A stretch of DNA of 64,000 nt. It comes from Acidimicrobiales bacterium (GTDB lineage: Bacteria; Actinomycetota; Acidimicrobiia; Acidimicrobiales; SZUA-35). The position numbers and the translations under genes are program-made. Positions 9,265 through 18,608 of this stretch are shown here, piece after piece (position 1 is the first letter of the stretch; every line of letters starts with the position of its first letter). The notes below the pieces were generated by a model. The model did no database searches. It saw only the letters and a program-made list of their open reading frames with translations, and was not told the origin of the DNA. The stretch lies in contig JAHDDW010000001.1 in the NCBI GenBank assembly GCA_020629155.1, forward strand, positions 220,454 through 284,453, given 5' to 3'.

Positions 9265-10691
9265 CAAGCGAGGTTGTCTACAAATTTTTCTAATTGTTGC
9301 AAGTTACGCACCTCAAAAACTTGGTCGCAGCATTGGCTATAAGGCTCCATGATTGAGTCACCTGTGTCCCAGTACGGTTTCGGTTCTGGGTTAAGCCAAA
9401 ATAGTTTGCGAGCTTTCTTGCCTATCTGCGCTAACGCTTCGACGTTTGTCTCATGATAGTTATTGCGAGCGTCGCCTAAAAAAAGCACCGTCGATTTTTT
9501 GGTTACCTCGCCACTATATTTTTGGTCGAAAACTTCCAACGCATGGCCATAGTTCGAATGGCCATCAGTCCAGACAACATCAGCTTGCTGGTTAACTAAC
9601 GCCAGCGCTTGGTCAAAGTCCTCATTTTCTGCGAGATAATTAGTCACTTCATCAAGCCCGTCGATAAACACAAACGAGCGGACGTTACTGAACTGCGAAG
9701 CCAGCGCATGCACAAGATAAAGGGTAAACCTCGCAAAGGAAGCCACCGAACCTGAGATATCGGCGATAACAAAAATTTCTGGCTTCGCTGGACGTTGCTG
9801 ACGATATTTCACCTCGGCTGGCACTCCCCCATAACTTAGCGAATGACGCATCGTGCTACGAAAATCGAGCGTACCACGCCTTTTATTACGCCGCTTACGT
9901 GCTAAACGAACCGCTATTTTTCGAGCCAACGGTTTAATAGCATCCGTGATAGCAGCCATTTCTTCTTTGCTTGCGTGGATAAAATCGACATCTTCTGTCA
10001 ACGTTTGCCGTAACGTTTTCGCGACAGCCGCTGACCCTCTATCAGCCACAAGACGACGGCGGATCTCATCTTCGACTGCTTTTTTGAACTCTTGCGCTAC
10101 TTTCTTAACATGCTCTTCATGCAAACGCTTCTCGAAATCTGTTGCGTCTACAGCCGCGCTATCTTCGGCGACTTGTGCTACAAGCTCGTCCAAGTGAAGT
10201 TTGCGCAGCGTCTTAAAAAGATAATAGTTAACCCCAACTGGTCGGCCAGCAACAATATCGCCATAATTACGCACCGCATGTCGTGCAGAATATCGAAGTG
10301 AACTTTCTTCACCAGTTGTCAGCGCATGCTGTACAGCACTGCGAAGTTCATCGTCATCTAATGAATGTTGTGTCTCTTGCCCAGATGTTTGTTCAGTCCT
10401 CACTGGCTCTTCTTCAGAGTCTTCGCCTTCAAACACTTCGGTACTGAGACCTTCACCAGCATCGAAATCGTTACGCTTGGTCGACGAAAAAAATATGTCA
10501 AATGCAGTATGGAACGCTTCTTTATGGTCAGCTTTTTTGATGACGGTTGCCGCTAACGATTCACGGACCACACAACGATTAGACAAATCTATAACCGTTA
10601 ACGCTTGTAATGCGTCAGTTTTTTCTGTAACCGAAATAGGAAGCCCAACAGCTCTAAGCTCATCAAAAAACGCGTCAACTGTTTCGATCAT
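9264..10691 (-). CDS. VWA domain-containing CoxE-like protein
   Basis: 475 aa. The C-terminal VWA region has a DISGS MIDAS-like motif (FVIADISGSV). Sits immediately downstream of a MoxR-type ATPase, the classic pairing. Confidence 0.8.
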   Translation of the reverse strand: MIETVDAFFDELRAVGLPISVTEKTDALQALTVIDLSNRCVVRESLAATVIKKADHKEAFHTAFDIFFSSTKRNDFDAGEGLSTEVFEGEDSEEEPVRTEQTSGQETQHSLDDDELRSAVQHALTTGEESSLRYSARHAVRNYGDIVAGRPVGVNYYLFKTLRKLHLDELVAQVAEDSAAVDATDFEKRLHEEHVKKVAQEFKKAVEDEIRRRLVADRGSAAVAKTLRQTLTEDVDFIHASKEEMAAITDAIKPLARKIAVRLARKRRNKRRGTLDFRSTMRHSLSYGGVPAEVKYRQQRPAKPEIFVIADISGSVASFARFTLYLVHALASQFSNVRSFVFIDGLDEVTNYLAENEDFDQALALVNQQADVVWTDGHSNYGHALEVFDQKYSGEVTKKSTVLFLGDARNNYHETNVEALAQIGKKARKLFWLNPEPKPYWDTGDSIMEPYSQCCDQVFEVRNLQQLEKFVDNLA

Positions 10692-10733
10692 GGCTGCGCC
10701 TCCCCAAAGCTTTCTGCCTGGCGTTGCCTGACA

Positions 10734-11627
10734 TCACGTAATAACGAGTTCTTTTTGGACTTTCTCAATATCGCTGCGATATTTACAAAGCACCGTTAAC
10801 GTTTGGTCAAGCACTTCAGTGTCGATACTTTGTTTCCCTAATAGAAGTAGCGTCTGTGCCCAATCTAGCGTTTCGGAAATCGATGGGTCTTTCTTCAAAT
10901 CAAGCGCACGAATCGACGCCACAACAGCTGCGACCTGCTCTGCTAACTGCTGCGAAATTTCAGGCAGTTTCGTCTGAATAATCTGCTGCTCACGCAGTGC
11001 ATCCGGGTAGTCCATATGCAAGAAAAGACAGCGCCGTTTTAACGCTTCAGAAAGTTCACGGGTATTATTTGACGTCAGAAAAACCAGCGGGATCTGTTTC
11101 GCTTTAATCGTGCCTAGCTCAGGGATTGAGACTTGATAGTCTGACAAGATTTCAAGCAGTAACGCTTCGGTTTCTATTTCTACTCTATCGACCTCGTCGA
11201 TCAACAAAACAACAGGGTCTTGTGCAGTGATTGCTTCAAGCAATGGCCGTGAAAGCAGAAAATCTTCAGTAAAAATATCATCTTGCATCTGTTGCCATGT
11301 CGAAGAACCTGCATCAGCGGCCGCTTGTGCGTTTTCAACTTGAATACGAAGAAGCTGCTTTTTGTAGTTCCATTCATACAACGCTTTTGCTTCGTCGAGG
11401 CCTTCATAACATTGCAAACGCAATAAACGAGCGCCGAGCATCTCAGCCACAGACTTTGCTAACTGTGTTTTGCCTGTCCCTGCTGGGCCTTCAACCAAAA
11501 TTGGTTTGCCAAGACGATCGGCTAGAAACGACGCGCTAGCCGTTGCCTCATCGGCAAGATAGTCAACGTCAAGTAAACGTTTCTGAACGCTGCTAACTGA
11601 CTCAAATCTATGTTCCATCGAGGACAT
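10734..11627 (-). CDS. MoxR/CoxD-like AAA+ ATPase
   Basis: Walker A GPAGTGKT, Walker B LLIDEVDR, ~297 aa, followed by a VWA partner gene. Confidence 0.88.
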   Translation of the reverse strand: MSSMEHRFESVSSVQKRLLDVDYLADEATASASFLADRLGKPILVEGPAGTGKTQLAKSVAEMLGARLLRLQCYEGLDEAKALYEWNYKKQLLRIQVENAQAAADAGSSTWQQMQDDIFTEDFLLSRPLLEAITAQDPVVLLIDEVDRVEIETEALLLEILSDYQVSIPELGTIKAKQIPLVFLTSNNTRELSEALKRRCLFLHMDYPDALREQQIIQTKLPEISQQLAEQVAAVVASIRALDLKKDPSISETLDWAQTLLLLGKQSIDTEVLDQTLTVLCKYRSDIEKVQKELVIT

Positions 11628-11695
11628 CCTATCTTACTGAAAGCTGCATGCTAGCTCCTCGCGCGAGACGAGAATATTGAGCAACTCCCCTTTAT

Positions 11696-11817
11696 GGCTA
11701 TCTCTATTTGTTGCTTTTCTGCTGAATAGCTTGACCAGAAAACCGCATACCTGCTGCGTGCACACGTGCCAAGCGCAGCGGAAATACTGAGGGAATGTAG
11801 AATATAATGACATTCCC
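11696..11817 (+). repeat. R1 intergenic repeat, copy d (full length, more diverged)
   Basis: GGCTATCTCTATTTG...CTGCTGCGTG-CACACGTG-CCAAGCGCAGCGGAAATACTGAGG, followed by hairpin GGGAATGT/ACATTCCC (11791-11817). Directly abuts the ftsX stop codon. Confidence 0.8.
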
Positions 11818-12732
11818 TTACGCATCAAGATATTTAGAAACAGCAACACCCGCTGCCGAAGCGCCCAGCAGCGACCCGATAAGCAACATCGCAATAACAA
11901 TAAGCGTTTCTTGACCAAAGTTTAGGATAAAGGTAGAAAACTTAGGGATAGAAGTAAACATTTCATTAATAAAAAAGTTCACGAGGAAGATGCTGACGCC
12001 ACTAGCAACAGCGCCTAAGACACCTTGCAAAAGCCCTTCAAACATAAAAGGAATACGGACAAACCATTTCGTTGCTCCGACAAGTCGCATCACTTCAATT
12101 TCTTTACGACGAGCAAATACAGCTGTGCGAATCGAGTTATACATTAACAACGTTGCGGCAAAAGCCGCGACAACAGCGAAACCACCAGAAATCCAAGAAA
12201 TATAGGAAGCGATTCGAGTTTCTTCTTTAATCACATCAGTAGCGACAGATATCCTATCGATTCCTGGTGCACCACTCAGGGAATCTTTAACCTGATTAAC
12301 AATGCTAATATCAGGTTTGCTTGGTGTCACAACGAACGAGGTAGGAACAACGTCGGGGCTGATGAGAGCAATAATTTCAGGGGCGTCTTTGAAATAGCGT
12401 TGAACTTCTGAAAGCGTTTTGTCTCTGTCAACATAGTTGAGGTCTTTGATAAATGGATTAGCTTCCATTTTGGCTCGCAGGTCCTGTGTGATCTGCTCCA
12501 GCTCAGGATCGGTAAGAACAACTCCGTTGTCTTCAGTTTTCAACCAAACAACAAACGAAACCTCTGATTCAGCTTCTGCTTTAAGGTTCGCGGTGCCCCA
12601 AAAAACTGTTAACGCTATGCCAAGCAGTGTCAACGAAATCGCTACTGTCAAGACATTACCAATCGTCAAAGCAGGGTTGCGTAGAAAGTTTCTTGTTGTC
12701 TCTTTTGTTAGATAATCAATTCTAAGTGCCAT
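11818..12732 (-). CDS. ftsX: Cell-division ABC transporter permease FtsX
   Basis: Start is [19 protein letters not shown], 8 nt after the ftsE stop; the ORF-track N-terminal extension overlaps ftsE and is rejected. Has TM1, an extracellular domain and 3 C-terminal TMs. Confidence 0.9.
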   Translation of the reverse strand: MALRIDYLTKETTRNFLRNPALTIGNVLTVAISLTLLGIALTVFWGTANLKAEAESEVSFVVWLKTEDNGVVLTDPELEQITQDLRAKMEANPFIKDLNYVDRDKTLSEVQRYFKDAPEIIALISPDVVPTSFVVTPSKPDISIVNQVKDSLSGAPGIDRISVATDVIKEETRIASYISWISGGFAVVAAFAATLLMYNSIRTAVFARRKEIEVMRLVGATKWFVRIPFMFEGLLQGVLGAVASGVSIFLVNFFINEMFTSIPKFSTFILNFGQETLIVIAMLLIGSLLGASAAGVAVSKYLDA

Positions 12733-12739
12733 TTCAACC

Positions 12740-13420
12740 TTACTCGTACACACCACGGTGCTGGTCGCGGACAATATTGCCATGTGAAAGTTCAATCACA
12801 CGCTTGCGCATAGTATCGACAATACCTCGATCGTGGGTAGCCATAACAACTGTTGTGCCTGTCTTATTAATACGGTCTAGAAGGCGCATAATGCCGATAG
12901 AAGTCTGCGGGTCAAGGTTACCTGTAGGCTCGTCTGCGAGCATTATAAGCGGCCTGTTCACAAACGCCCTTGCAATTGAGACACGCTGCTGCTCGCCACC
13001 TGAAAGCTGGTCTGGGTACTTATCCATTTTGTCTTCCAAACCGACAAGGCTACAAATTTGCGGAACTTGGCTAGCAATAACGCTCCGTTTGCGGCCAATA
13101 ACTTCCAAAGCAAAAGCGACATTCTCAGCAACTGTTTTTGTTTGCAGCAATTTAAAATCTTGAAAAATATTGCCAATATTACGTCGCAGCATTGGCACTT
13201 TCCAAGAAGACATTTGCCCGATATCTTTGCCAGCTACAAAAATACGGCCTCTATCTGGCTCTTCCTGTTTTGTCAAAAGTCGCAGCAACGTTGATTTGCC
13301 TGAGCCTGATGGACCAACAAGAAATACAAATTCGCCTTTGCCGATGTCGATATCGGCTTGCACTAATGCTGCACGAGCCTGCCCTTCATACCTTTTTGCA
13401 ACACCTTCAACTTTAATCAT
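12740..13420 (-). CDS. ftsE: Cell-division ABC transporter ATP-binding protein FtsE
   Basis: Walker [10 protein letters not shown], signature LSGGEQQR, Walker [11 protein letters not shown], 226 aa, upstream of ftsX. Confidence 0.95.
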   Translation of the reverse strand: MIKVEGVAKRYEGQARAALVQADIDIGKGEFVFLVGPSGSGKSTLLRLLTKQEEPDRGRIFVAGKDIGQMSSWKVPMLRRNIGNIFQDFKLLQTKTVAENVAFALEVIGRKRSVIASQVPQICSLVGLEDKMDKYPDQLSGGEQQRVSIARAFVNRPLIMLADEPTGNLDPQTSIGIMRLLDRINKTGTTVVMATHDRGIVDTMRKRVIELSHGNIVRDQHRGVYE

Positions 13421-13523
13421 TACCTTGCCTCAATCTAACAAACGGACATCGCTGCATGATCTTTTCACAGGCTATCGTAAGAAGTGGAAAGAACCATTCA
13501 TCTAACTAAAGGCGCACCGAGTC

Positions 13524-14129
13524 TCAAGATTCTTGCGGCTTCAAAACAAAAAAGCCGAGCCAGAGAACAATCAGCGCTGAAAGCGGTAGTGCTAACGCAC
13601 CTATCAAAGGCCAATTTTCGCTTTGTGTCACTTCAGAAGGTTCGACAGAAACCTTATCTATATTCGGCAAACCATTTAGGAAGTTACCAAAGTCTTGCAC
13701 TGACGCTTCATTTTGGGGAGTTACGACAAAAGAAGTGGGCGCCATGTTGGTGCTACCAATCAAATCAATGATCTCAGGCGATTCTACAAAATACTGTTCT
13801 AGTTGGGCTTGCGACTCATCTTTATCGATATAACGAAATTCTTTCACCAGCGGATTGTTGTCTAGCTGCGCAGCAATAGTACGTTGTATTTGATCTATCT
13901 GGTCATCGGTGAAGCTATCATCTTGTACCTTTCCATATGAAAATTCAGGTTCATTAGCTGGCAGCCAGACAACAGCGCTCCCCTGCTCAATTGTTTCTAC
14001 CTCATCAAGATTTTTTGCTAACACAAAGATGCCTACTGCGCTAAGAACAACAAACCACATGCCTAATGAGGCGTAGAGAAAAATATCTAGGCGCAGCCGT
14101 CTAGATTCGGTATTGTTTATAACATTCAT
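13524..14129 (-). CDS. FtsX-like protein retaining only TM1, the extracellular domain and one C-terminal TM (mini-FtsX paralogue)
   Basis: 201 aa. The central ~110 aa align with the FtsX extracellular domain encoded 1 kb away (e.g. NPLVKEFRYIDKD..YF..SPEIIDLI...APTSFVVTP vs [23 protein letters not shown]...VPTSFVVTP). Hydrophobic segments at both ends. Confidence 0.8.
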   Translation of the reverse strand: MNVINNTESRRLRLDIFLYASLGMWFVVLSAVGIFVLAKNLDEVETIEQGSAVVWLPANEPEFSYGKVQDDSFTDDQIDQIQRTIAAQLDNNPLVKEFRYIDKDESQAQLEQYFVESPEIIDLIGSTNMAPTSFVVTPQNEASVQDFGNFLNGLPNIDKVSVEPSEVTQSENWPLIGALALPLSALIVLWLGFFVLKPQES

Positions 14130-14180
14130 TTTGCCCGCCTACGTTTGGTTCTAACCTCTCAGGGTACAGGACGAGAGAGC

Positions 14181-15290
14181 TTACTCACCGTCAGACATAC
14201 GCCAGCGCAACCAAGACTCCATAAATGGGCGAACATCGCCGCCCAAAACGCCATCAGGATTGCCAGAGGTTTCCCCGCTGCGTTCGTCTTTCACCATCTG
14301 GTAGGGATGCATCACATAGGAACGAATCTGGCTCCCCCACTCAACCTTTTTCGATTCACCAGCTTCGTTTGCCAGTTCATCTTCACGTTTCTGCTGTTCT
14401 AACGCAAACAGTTTCGCTGTCAGCATTGTCATACAGCGCTCTTTGTTTTGATGCTGGCTACGTTCATCTTGACACGACACAACGATACCTGTTGGCATAT
14501 GCGTGACACGAACTGCCGAATCTGTTGTATTCACATGCTGGCCGCCAGCACCCGACGAACGAAACACATCGACCCGCAAATCTTTATCGTCAATATCGAC
14601 CTGCCCTACCTCTTCTTCTGGGATAACAGGCACCACTGCGAACGAAGCAAACGCTGTGTGACGCCTAGCCTGTGAATCAAACGGCGAGATACGTACGATG
14701 CGGTGAACCCCTCGCTCGGCTTGCAACAAGCCATAGGCATAGCGGCCACGAATAATAAACGAAGCAGATGAGATGCCGGCTTCATTACCTTTTTGCAGAT
14801 CGGTCTGCTCGAACTCAAACCCTTGTTGTGCTGCCCACCGTTCATACATATTTAGGAGCATCTCAGCCCAATCTTGTGCGTCAACACCACCAGCACCAGA
14901 GTTAAGGTCGCATGCCGCATCGCCTTGGTCATACTGGCCAGTAAATAACGCTCGTAATTCAAGCTCGGAAAACTCTGTCTTGGTAGCTTCAGCTAAAGCA
15001 GCAGCCTCAGCCTGTAATGACTCATCTTGCTCTTCGCCTGCTAGGTCATAGAGCACTTCGATATCGTCGATCTGTGACGCAAGCCGATCATAGAGATCAA
15101 GGTCGTCTTTTGTTGCAGCGAACTCTGTTTGCACCTTACGAGCACGATCGGCATCGTCCCACAAGTCTGGACGCCCCATCTCAGTTTCGAGCTGCGGCAA
15201 CCGTGAACGCAGCTCATCGATGCAAAGGTACTGTTTTGCTTCGGTGAGTTTTGCCGCTAATGGCGCAATCAAATCTTTCGTCTCTGCCAT
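14181..15290 (-). CDS. prfB: Peptide chain release factor 2
   Basis: Contains SPF, the GGQ motif (GAGGQHVN) and a typical RF2 N-terminus. The 369-aa ORF is uninterrupted, with no programmed +1 frameshift site. Confidence 0.97.
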   Translation of the reverse strand: MAETKDLIAPLAAKLTEAKQYLCIDELRSRLPQLETEMGRPDLWDDADRARKVQTEFAATKDDLDLYDRLASQIDDIEVLYDLAGEEQDESLQAEAAALAEATKTEFSELELRALFTGQYDQGDAACDLNSGAGGVDAQDWAEMLLNMYERWAAQQGFEFEQTDLQKGNEAGISSASFIIRGRYAYGLLQAERGVHRIVRISPFDSQARRHTAFASFAVVPVIPEEEVGQVDIDDKDLRVDVFRSSGAGGQHVNTTDSAVRVTHMPTGIVVSCQDERSQHQNKERCMTMLTAKLFALEQQKREDELANEAGESKKVEWGSQIRSYVMHPYQMVKDERSGETSGNPDGVLGGDVRPFMESWLRWRMSDGE

Positions 15291-17987
15291 CTATTTTCCG
15301 TGACACTGCTTAAACTTTTTACCACTATCGCATGGACATGGAGCGTTACGAGGTGTCTTATCCCACTCGCTTTTCACAACAGGAGCAGCTGTTTGCGGCT
15401 CAGCATCTTGCTCTTCGCTACGAACAGACGAACTTTCAGCTTTCTCTGCTGTTACTTCTGTTGTAACTGGAGCAGGTGTTTGCGCCGCTGGTGCTTCAAC
15501 TGTTTGCGTTTCTTCCTGTTGCACAACAACTTCGATACGCATTAGATAGCGAATAAAATCTATATTAAGCGATGTCAACATAGATTTAAACATCTCGAAA
15601 CCTTCACGCTGCCATTCAGTGAGTGGATCACGCTGCCCCATCGCACGCAGGTTAATACCTTCACGCAGCGAAGCCATATCGGTTAAGTGATCACGCCAAC
15701 GCTGATCGATCAGCTCAAGCATTACTTTGCGCTCCAACTTACGTATGATCTCTTCGCCTAACTCAGCTTCGCGTTCTTCATAACGAGTCTCGCCTTCTGC
15801 AACAATTGTTTCATGAATCTCTTTAGATTTATCTAGCTCTTCCAACTCTTCAAGTGCAATATCTGTTCTCCAGAAAGAAGAAAGTTCTGTATGTAACGCT
15901 TCAAGATCCCATGTGTCGTCTAACTCGTCCATGCAATGTGTCTGCACAAGATAGGTAGCAACATCATCAATAGCGGTGTGTGCTTCTTCGCTCAAATCGC
16001 CTTGTTCGAGAATTTGCATGCGACGTTTATAAATTATTTTGCGTTGCTGGTTATAGACCTCGTCGTATTTCAAAACATTCTTACGAGTTTCAGCGTTACG
16101 CTGCTCGACTGTTGTTTGCGCACGCTCCACCGATTTAGAAACCATTTTCGCTTCGATAGGCACATCGTCAGGCAACGCTTTACCCATGACCCAACTCATA
16201 GCTCCAGAAGCGAAAATACGCATCAAGTCATCTTCCAGCGACAGGAAGAACCGGCTCTCACCAGGATCGCCCTGACGCCCTGAACGACCACGCAACTGAT
16301 CATCAATGCGACGACTTTCGTGACGCTCTGTAGCTAAGACATAAAGACCACCGGCTTCGAGAACTGTTTTTTGGTTCTTCTCACAAATTGGCGACCAATA
16401 GGCTAAACGCTCATTATAAAACGCTTTCCCTTCGTCGCTTTCTTCGTCATAGCCTTCAGCGGCAACGTCAGACTCGGCAAGTTTTTCGGCATTGCCACCC
16501 AAAATAATGTCGACACCACGGCCAGCCATATTCGTCGCCACAGTGATAGCTCCAGGTTTACCAGCTTGGGCGACAATATCGGCCTCACGAAAGTTCGCTT
16601 TTGCGTTTAACACTTCGTGCGCTAAACCACGTTTTGTCATCAGCTCACTGAAAACCTCAGACTTCTCGACCGACGCTGTACCAACAAGCACAGGCTGGTC
16701 TTTAGCGACACGTTCTCTAATATCGTCGATCGCAGCCTCGAACTTCGCAAGTTCTGTTTTATAAATCATGTCGTCTTTATCGAGACGAGCTATCGGTTTG
16801 TTCGTAGGAATCTGAACAACTGAAAGATCATAGGTATTTTCAAGTTCAACCGCATCGGCTTGCGCCGTACCTGTCATGCCACCAAGTTTTTCATACATGC
16901 GGAAATAGTTCTGCAACGTTACGGTCGCAAGTGTCTGCTGCTCTTCCTTGATAGCAACACCCTCTTTAGCTTCAACAGCTTGATGCAGCCCATCTGACCA
17001 GCGACGACCATCTAAGACACGGCCTGTGAACTCGTCAACAATCTTAATTTCGCCGTTATCGATAAGATAATCTTTATCACGTTTAAAGAGCTCTTTCGCC
17101 CGTAACGACACATAGAGCTGGTGGACTAAATCGCCTTGCACACCATCATAAAGATTGCTGATATCTAACATCCTTTCGACGTTTGAAATACCTTCATCGG
17201 TGATGGCGACCACACGTTTTTCTTCATCAACTTCATAGTCAACATCGCGAGTAAGACGCGCGGCGACAGCAGAAAATTTTATATATAAATCAGCGGCACC
17301 TTGCATCTTGCCGCTGATAATCAAAGGCGTTCGAGCCTCGTCAATTAGAATAGAGTCAATTTCGTCCACAATGGCAAAACTATGACCACGTTGCGTCATT
17401 TTTTCTAGGCTGCTCGCCATATTGTCACGCAGATAATCAAACCCAAATTCGTTATTTGTGCCATAGGTTATATCACACGAATATTGCGCTTTTTTATGTG
17501 CTTTGTCGTTCTGCCCAGGCACAACCAAACCAGTAGTTAATCCATGCCAACCGTGAACTTGCCCCATCCACTCAGCGTCACGAGTCGCCAAATAGTCATT
17601 GACAGTAACAACATGCACGCCTTTGCCAGCAAGCGCGTTGAGATAGACAGGCAAAGTAGAAACAAGTGTTTTACCTTCACCTGTTTTCATTTCGGCGACT
17701 GAACCCCAATGCAAGGTAGCGCCACCCATAAGCTGCACGTCGTAGTGACGTTGCCCAATGACTCGGCTTGCTGTTTCGCGCACAACGGCAAACGCTTCGA
17801 TCATAATGTCGTCCAAAGAAGCGCCGTTAGCTAAACGCTCTTTAAATTCAACCGTTTTTGCTTTCAGCTCAGTATCGCTCAGGGCTTTAATTTCAGGCTC
17901 TAACGCATTAACTGGTTGAACGATTTTTTGTACTTGTTTTAGACGTTTACCGTCACCTATAGTTAGGATTTTATCGAGAAGCTTCAT
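15291..17987 (-). CDS. secA: Preprotein translocase ATPase SecA
   Basis: 898 aa with Walker A MKTGEGKT, DEVDSILIDEARTPLIISG and the C-terminal zinc motif CPCDSGKKFKQCHG. Its stop codon abuts the prfB start. Confidence 0.98.
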   Translation of the reverse strand: MKLLDKILTIGDGKRLKQVQKIVQPVNALEPEIKALSDTELKAKTVEFKERLANGASLDDIMIEAFAVVRETASRVIGQRHYDVQLMGGATLHWGSVAEMKTGEGKTLVSTLPVYLNALAGKGVHVVTVNDYLATRDAEWMGQVHGWHGLTTGLVVPGQNDKAHKKAQYSCDITYGTNNEFGFDYLRDNMASSLEKMTQRGHSFAIVDEIDSILIDEARTPLIISGKMQGAADLYIKFSAVAARLTRDVDYEVDEEKRVVAITDEGISNVERMLDISNLYDGVQGDLVHQLYVSLRAKELFKRDKDYLIDNGEIKIVDEFTGRVLDGRRWSDGLHQAVEAKEGVAIKEEQQTLATVTLQNYFRMYEKLGGMTGTAQADAVELENTYDLSVVQIPTNKPIARLDKDDMIYKTELAKFEAAIDDIRERVAKDQPVLVGTASVEKSEVFSELMTKRGLAHEVLNAKANFREADIVAQAGKPGAITVATNMAGRGVDIILGGNAEKLAESDVAAEGYDEESDEGKAFYNERLAYWSPICEKNQKTVLEAGGLYVLATERHESRRIDDQLRGRSGRQGDPGESRFFLSLEDDLMRIFASGAMSWVMGKALPDDVPIEAKMVSKSVERAQTTVEQRNAETRKNVLKYDEVYNQQRKIIYKRRMQILEQGDLSEEAHTAIDDVATYLVQTHCMDELDDTWDLEALHTELSSFWRTDIALEELEELDKSKEIHETIVAEGETRYEEREAELGEEIIRKLERKVMLELIDQRWRDHLTDMASLREGINLRAMGQRDPLTEWQREGFEMFKSMLTSLNIDFIRYLMRIEVVVQQEETQTVEAPAAQTPAPVTTEVTAEKAESSSVRSEEQDAEPQTAAPVVKSEWDKTPRNAPCPCDSGKKFKQCHGK

Positions 17988-18072
17988 GACGCTAACAGTC
18001 TAACCCTTCAAATCGTCAGCCACCTCGAAAAAATATATCTCTACACTACTTTCACCATCTCTTTAACTTTAG

Positions 18073-18193
18073 ACTGCCTCTATTTATTTGTTTTGTATCA
18101 AATCGCTTTACCAGAAAACCGCTAAAATCTGCGTGGAAGCATCCACCGAGCGGAGCGGAAATATCGAGGCCATCTATACTAAATAGAGATACC
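18073..18193 (+). repeat. R1 intergenic repeat, copy e (full length)
   Basis: CCTCTATTTATTTG...CCGCTAAAATCTGCGTG-GAAGCATCCAC-CGAGCGGAGCGGAAATATCGAGG...TAAATAGAGATACCC. Termini CTCTATTTA/TAAATAGAG are complementary. Confidence 0.85.
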
Positions 18194-18278
18194 CAATAGG
18201 TAGTGTTTCAATCACACTCCAAAAAGCTGGCCAAGAGCGCAACCACCACGCTACCGCTTAGAATCACTCATAGTACCT

Positions 18279-18608
18279 ATGAGGCTTCTTACCTGCACAT
18301 TTGAATTCAACGGTGACGCCTCATTGCTCAATAACGCAGCCGCAGTAGAACGTTCGTTGCAAGAAATCACCAAACTGGCTGGCTTCACTATATGTAAACA
18401 ACAAAGCCACATTTTCACTCCTATAGGCGTTAGCATGACCATGATTTTGTCTGAATCACACATAGCGGCACACACCTGGCCAGAAAAAAACTTCGCATAT
18501 ATTGCGTTGACCTCCTGCAAAGCGGTTGCGACTTCTTTCTATGATGAGGCGACCGTTGCGATAAAAAGCTGTTTCGCTTCCACTTCTGTAACATATGAGG
18601 CTCTTTGA
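18279..18608 (+). CDS. speH: S-adenosylmethionine decarboxylase proenzyme (small SpeH type)
   Basis: 109 aa. LSESHIAAHTWPE matches the self-cleavage/pyruvoyl motif of class 1 AdoMetDC. Stop overlaps the next start (TGATG). Confidence 0.8.
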   Translation: MRLLTCTFEFNGDASLLNNAAAVERSLQEITKLAGFTICKQQSHIFTPIGVSMTMILSESHIAAHTWPEKNFAYIALTSCKAVATSFYDEATVAIKSCFASTSVTYEAL

